DNA from: a virus
Taxonomy: Duplodnaviria > Caudoviricetes
Strand: one strand, 5' to 3'
IMG/VR virus record: IMGVR_UViG_3300022895_000008
Location: 1-38,390 of that record
DNA: 38,390 nucleotides
Both the position numbers and the translations under genes were made by a program. Below, one piece after another: positions 33,952 through 38,390 of this stretch (the stretch's first letter is position 1; every line of letters starts with the position of its first letter). The notes below the pieces were generated by a model. That model saw nothing but the letters and a program-made list of their open reading frames with translations, was not told where the DNA came from and did no database searches.

Positions 33952-34647
33952 ATGGAATTTATGGAAACGTTGGACATGAAGAAAGACGAAAATCTTTGCA
34001 TGTTCTTATACGCAAAGCCCGGCGGCGGCAAAACTACCACAGTTAAATTTTTAGAGGGAAAAACGTTGCTTGTGGACATTGACGGATCTGGAAAAGTTTT
34101 ATCCGGTGTGCCTAACATTACGCGCGTTACGATCAATCCAGAAAAGCCCGCCGATGAATTAGTACAATTCTACGCATATGCGAAAGCGAACATTCAAAAC
34201 TATGACAATATCGTGATTGATAATCTATCACATTATCAAAAGTTGTGGTTTATGGAGAAGGGCAAAACGACGAAATCGGGGCAACCGGAGATCCAACATT
34301 ACGGCGTATTCGATAATCATTTATTAAATATTGTGGAAACGTTCAAGGCTTTAGACGCAAATATAGTTTTTACAGCGTGGGAAACAACGCGAGAAATTCA
34401 ACTTGAAAACTCGCAGCTATATCACCAATTTTTGCCGGATATTCGGGATAAAATCGTAAATCATATTATGGGTGTCATTCCGGTGGTTGCGCGTTTAGTT
34501 CGAAATCCAGAAACAAAAAAACGCGGCTTTTTACTATCAGAAAGTAATGGCACGTTTGCGAAAAATCAATTAGACAATCGGGAATTTGCTTTACAAGAAG
34601 ATATTTTTAAAGTCGGTGACGTAGAGAATGACGTTTCGATTACATGA
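33952..34647 (+). CDS. Sak4-like NTP-binding recombination protein (AAA_24)
   Basis: YAKPGGGKTT, IVIDNLS, FTAWE, AKNQLD. Confidence 0.88.
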   Translation: MEFMETLDMKKDENLCMFLYAKPGGGKTTTVKFLEGKTLLVDIDGSGKVLSGVPNITRVTINPEKPADELVQFYAYAKANIQNYDNIVIDNLSHYQKLWFMEKGKTTKSGQPEIQHYGVFDNHLLNIVETFKALDANIVFTAWETTREIQLENSQLYHQFLPDIRDKIVNHIMGVIPVVARLVRNPETKKRGFLLSESNGTFAKNQLDNREFALQEDIFKVGDVENDVSIT

Positions 34648-35959
34648 TTATCAAAGCAGGCTAGTAAATAAGGCAAGAAACGCCTTTTCTGATGGCTACA
34701 AATCGCCCTGCATCGTCGCGCCTTGTGGTGCTGGCAAATCCGTTATGATTTCCGAAATCGCGCGTATGACGACGGAAAAGGGCAATAGAGTTCTATTCCT
34801 TGTGCATCGTAAAGAATTGATTGAACAAATCGAAAATTCATTTCGAATAAATGCGGTAAATCTGGATCTTGTGCAATTCGGAATGGTTCAAACCATTGTT
34901 AGGCGACTGGATAAAACGGAACGTCCACAATTGATTATTACCGACGAATCGCATCATGGACTAGCGAAAAGCTACCGCAATATATACGAGTATTTCAACG
35001 ATGCATTGCGGCTTAGTTTTACAGCGACGCCCATTCGCTTAAATGGCGAGGGATTAGGAGATGTAAACGACATTTTGCTCGAAGAAGTAAATGCCGAGTG
35101 GTTGATCGAGAATGGTTTTTTATCGCCGTATAAATATTACGCGCCTAAATTAATTGAAGAAGATTATTTAAAACTAAGTAGCATGAAAGAATTTACAAGC
35201 AAATCCATCGACGATGCACTGGGGAACGTTATTTATGGCGACGTGATCGCCCATTATAAGAAACTGGCAGACGGTGAGCAAGCTATCGCCTATTGCCATA
35301 GTGTGGCGGCTAGTGAGGAATTAGCGGAAACGTTTAATTCGTTAGGCATCCCGGCGGCACATATTGACGGTAAAACGGACAAGCAAAAGCGCGGCGCGAT
35401 CATTGAACAATTCAGGAAACGCGAGATCCGAGTTTTAACAAACGTCGATTTAATCGGAGAGGGTTTCGACGTGCCAGATTGTAGCACAGTTATTATGCTT
35501 CGCCCGACAAAATCGCTTTCTTTATACATTCAACAATCAATGCGCGGCATGAGATTTAAAGCCGGCAAAACGTCGATAATTATTGACCATGTGGGCAACG
35601 TGCAACGCTTCGGATTGCCAGATGAAAAAAGAGAGTGGAGTTTGACCGGCAAGAAAAAACAATCCAGTGAAGCAACTATAAAAATAAAGCAATGTGAAAA
35701 TTGCTTCGCGGTGTATTCAATCAATGAAAAAGCATGTCCAATGTGTGGGCATGTGGTCGAGGTAGTACGAACGAATGAGAAAGAGCATGACGAAACAGCA
35801 GAATTGCAGGAGGTCCAAAAAGGTGACATATCTATAAAAATGGATTTCCGAGAGCCGAGGGATTGCAAAAACATTCAAGAATTATATGATCTCGCTAAAA
35901 ATCGAGGTTACAAAAAAGGTTGGGCTTATCACCAAGCAAAAATGATGGGCTTTATGTGA
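34628..35959 (+). CDS. SF2 DEAD/DEAH-type helicase with Zn ribbon
   Basis: APCGAGKS, DESHH, TATP, EGFDVPD, CENC..CPMC. Confidence 0.95.
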   Translation: MTFRLHDYQSRLVNKARNAFSDGYKSPCIVAPCGAGKSVMISEIARMTTEKGNRVLFLVHRKELIEQIENSFRINAVNLDLVQFGMVQTIVRRLDKTERPQLIITDESHHGLAKSYRNIYEYFNDALRLSFTATPIRLNGEGLGDVNDILLEEVNAEWLIENGFLSPYKYYAPKLIEEDYLKLSSMKEFTSKSIDDALGNVIYGDVIAHYKKLADGEQAIAYCHSVAASEELAETFNSLGIPAAHIDGKTDKQKRGAIIEQFRKREIRVLTNVDLIGEGFDVPDCSTVIMLRPTKSLSLYIQQSMRGMRFKAGKTSIIIDHVGNVQRFGLPDEKREWSLTGKKKQSSEATIKIKQCENCFAVYSINEKACPMCGHVVEVVRTNEKEHDETAELQEVQKGDISIKMDFREPRDCKNIQELYDLAKNRGYKKGWAYHQAKMMGFM

Positions 35960-35972
35960 GAGGTTGGGTTTT

Positions 35973-36101
35973 ATGAAAAAAGGCGAATTAATTAAAAAAT
36001 ATGCAACGGTTGTCAAAGTGAAAAATGAGCGCGCAACCGTTATTGAAATAGACGGTTTCCGGTACAATCTGGATCTGAAAAATTCGGTGAAAGGACGATG
36101 A
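35973..36101 (+). CDS. Small hypothetical protein (42 aa)
   Basis: GAGAGG RBS; ATGA overlap with next gene. Confidence 0.65.
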   Translation: MKKGELIKKYATVVKVKNERATVIEIDGFRYNLDLKNSVKGR

Positions 36102-36322
36102 CAATGCCAGTTGCAAAAGATGTTAGAAACGATGCTTCGCACGAAAACGCGCGCTTAATCGTGGAGAATGCGAAGCTACGCGAAATTATTAAATATCAGC
36201 AAGAAAACATTCAATCTATTGAAGAAATTGCGCTGAATGAAAACTATAAAAAAATATTAGATGTTATTTACGTTATGCGGAATAACCGAAAAGGAGAAAA
36301 ATATCATGGCATTTACACTTGA
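36098..36322 (+). CDS. Hypothetical coiled-coil protein
   Basis: AAAGGA RBS; ORF track. Confidence 0.65.
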   Translation: MTMPVAKDVRNDASHENARLIVENAKLREIIKYQQENIQSIEEIALNENYKKILDVIYVMRNNRKGEKYHGIYT

Positions 36323-36809
36323 CACAAACGACGTTTTCGAGGGCGGCATTACAGACGGAATTTACGAGGTTGTTATTGATAAAGTAATTCCAAAAACAAC
36401 GCCTGGCGGCACAGATCACATTCAATTCGATATGATCGTTCGAAATGACGTCGATCAAAAATTCAAAAACGTTCATATTTTCCATTCAGTGTGGAAAGCA
36501 AAAGCAACAGGGAAATATAATCCGAAATCATTTAACACAATCGGGAAAGCGTGCCAGATGCAAAACGGCAAAGTCTATAACAGTATGGATGAAATGTTAG
36601 CGGATTTCGAAAAGCGCGTTTGCAAAGTGAAAATTAAAAACGAAAATTCAACGCATGACGGCAAAAATTACGAAAATGTCAACGTGAAAGATTGGGGTAC
36701 AACGCTATTAACGCAATGTAACCACAAATATAAATCAACGGACAATATGAGCGTATCGCAACAGCAGGCGGCAGGCATTCAAGTTACAGATGAAAATTTG
36801 CCGTTTTAA
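36306..36809 (+). CDS. DUF669-like single-stranded DNA-binding protein
   Basis: DGIYEVVI, IVRNDVDQ, acidic C-terminus DENLPF. Confidence 0.88.
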   Translation: MAFTLDTNDVFEGGITDGIYEVVIDKVIPKTTPGGTDHIQFDMIVRNDVDQKFKNVHIFHSVWKAKATGKYNPKSFNTIGKACQMQNGKVYNSMDEMLADFEKRVCKVKIKNENSTHDGKNYENVNVKDWGTTLLTQCNHKYKSTDNMSVSQQQAAGIQVTDENLPF

Positions 36810-36821
36810 GAGGTGACGCGT

Positions 36822-38390
36822 ATGTATGAAGCAATTCCAGAAGAATTAAAAGAATTGCGCCAGTGGTGTTGTTTCAAGTTACAGGCACGCGGCGAGAAAA
36901 TGACGAAAATTCCAGTCGATGCGAACACAGGCGACTTAGGAAAGTCAAACGATGAAAGCACATGGGCAACGTTCGACGTTGCTTATGCGGCTATCGAAAA
37001 ATACGGTTTGGATGGATTGGGCTTTTATTTTAAAGCGCCATATTTCGGAATTGACATAGACGGCGTGAAAGACGATATTGACCGTTATTTGTCCGGGATC
37101 GAAAAAGAGCAAGAAAATAATATTGTCGCTGAATTTATAGAAATGATGGGCAGTTATTCCGAGATTTCAGTCAGTGGCACAGGTATTCACATCATAGCAA
37201 AAGGTGAGTTGCCAGAGGGCGCGCGACGAAAAGGCAATGTGGAAATGTATGATTCGGGTCGATTCTTTGTAATGACCGGGAAACAAATTGGATCATATTC
37301 ACGCGTCGAGGACGACGACTACGGAAAAGTTAACTATTTGCATCATAAGTATTTAGCGAAATCAGAGGTTTCCGAAACATACAAGCCAGAAAAACAAATT
37401 GCCATTACACCTGCAGGCGCGTCACTGGATGAAAAACAAATAATCGAGATAGCGCTAAAAAGTAAAAACGGTGCAAGGTTCAATATATTTTTAAATGGTG
37501 GATGGGAGCAATTTTTCAATTCACAATCAGAAGCCGACATGTCATTTTGTAACGATCTGGCTTTTTGGACCAATCGCGATTATGCCATGATGGATAACAT
37601 TTTCAGAAGTTCGGCATTGATGCGCGAGAAATGGGATCGTGAGCAAAACGGCACAACCTACGGTGACGAAACGTTACGAAAAGCTATTGACGAATGTACA
37701 AATACTTTCGTGCCGCGTGAAAAAGGCGAAGATTTTAATTTATATGTCCTAGAAGATAACGTAAAGCCGGTTGAGCGCAAATATTACAGCTATGACGATA
37801 CCGGGAACGCGCAACGGTTCTACGATGCATTCGGTGAAGTTGTCCGTTATTCATACGTTCGTAAAGGATGGTTTTTCTATGATGGGCGCATGTGGGTATT
37901 TGACCAACAAGGCATGGCAAAAACGTTAGCGGATCGCACAATAGCAGCAATGAAAAATGAAAAAATATATATTCCAGAGGGCGAAGATGAAGAAAAGGCG
38001 AAAAAGGCTTTTTCGAAGCATTTGAAATCCACAAGGAATAGCACCGGGAAAACAAACATGCTAAAAGAAACGCAACATTTATTACCGATACAGCCGGAAG
38101 ATTTCGACAGCGATATTTTTCTTTTTAATGTTCAAAACGGCTACTTAAATTTAAAAGATGGCAAGTTATACGAGCATGACAAAGAGAAGTATTTCACGAA
38201 AATTTCGCCGGTTGAATATACGGAAAAAATTGATTGTCCATTGTGGCTAGATTTCTTAGATACCATTTTCGGCGGCGACAATGAATTAATCGAATACATG
38301 CAACGTGCGGTGGGCTATTCATTGTGTGGGAGTACAGAGGAACAAGTGATGTTCATTCTTTACGGAAATGGGCGAAACGGTAAATCTGTA
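36822..38390 (+). CDS. Primase-polymerase/SF3 helicase fusion, about 773 aa in total, continuing into 128-880
   Basis: MYEAIPEELKELRQW..., GIDID, YSEISVSGTGIH, EMYDSGRFFVMTG (NrS-1-like), SQSEADMS, YDDTGNAQRF; absent from ORF track because it runs off the end. Confidence 0.92.
   Translation, partial: MYEAIPEELKELRQWCCFKLQARGEKMTKIPVDANTGDLGKSNDESTWATFDVAYAAIEKYGLDGLGFYFKAPYFGIDIDGVKDDIDRYLSGIEKEQENNIVAEFIEMMGSYSEISVSGTGIHIIAKGELPEGARRKGNVEMYDSGRFFVMTGKQIGSYSRVEDDDYGKVNYLHHKYLAKSEVSETYKPEKQIAITPAGASLDEKQIIEIALKSKNGARFNIFLNGGWEQFFNSQSEADMSFCNDLAFWTNRDYAMMDNIFRSSALMREKWDREQNGTTYGDETLRKAIDECTNTFVPREKGEDFNLYVLEDNVKPVERKYYSYDDTGNAQRFYDAFGEVVRYSYVRKGWFFYDGRMWVFDQQGMAKTLADRTIAAMKNEKIYIPEGEDEEKAKKAFSKHLKSTRNSTGKTNMLKETQHLLPIQPEDFDSDIFLFNVQNGYLNLKDGKLYEHDKEKYFTKISPVEYTEKIDCPLWLDFLDTIFGGDNELIEYMQRAVGYSLCGSTEEQVMFILYGNGRNGKSV

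Larger units (their letters stand above)
1..38390. mobile_element. Complete phage-plasmid (contractile-tailed, cos-type, episomal prophage), 38,263 bp circle
   Basis: Full virion, lysis and lytic replication gene set plus Rep_3/iterons/ParMRC; no integrase or host genes seen; circular overlap. Confidence 0.92.

Noticed and set aside
38264-38390. Biological terminal direct repeat
   Set aside because: It is 127 bp, a common assembler k-mer size, and lies inside the primase ORF; packaging genes point to cos ends elsewhere

Overview
The window is a complete, circularly permuted temperate phage-plasmid of a low-GC Bacillota (probably Bacillales) host. Bases 1-127 equal bases 38264-38390, which gives a 38,263-bp circle opened inside the primase gene. 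Lytic side: HK97-type head with HNH/cos packaging, a PBSX/Xkd-like contractile tail, two receptor-binding modules (one a 12-repeat Kelch protein), holin-amidase lysis, a CI/Cro switch, and a Gp157-Sak4-SF2 helicase-SSB-primase replication module. There is no integrase. Instead there is a plasmid module: Rep_3 initiator with 7 iterons, ParM/ParR/parC partitioning, a dif-like Xer site, and two toxin-antitoxin loci. The least explained part is 2243-5445, between rinA and the HNH gene. It holds the dif-like site, an operator-controlled accessory operon, two structured RNA candidates, a two-micropeptide/antisense-RNA/HTH cassette, and a hicAB locus whose toxin has no canonical start codon. These units are separated by three related terminators. 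Family assignments come from motif recognition only; no database searches were run.
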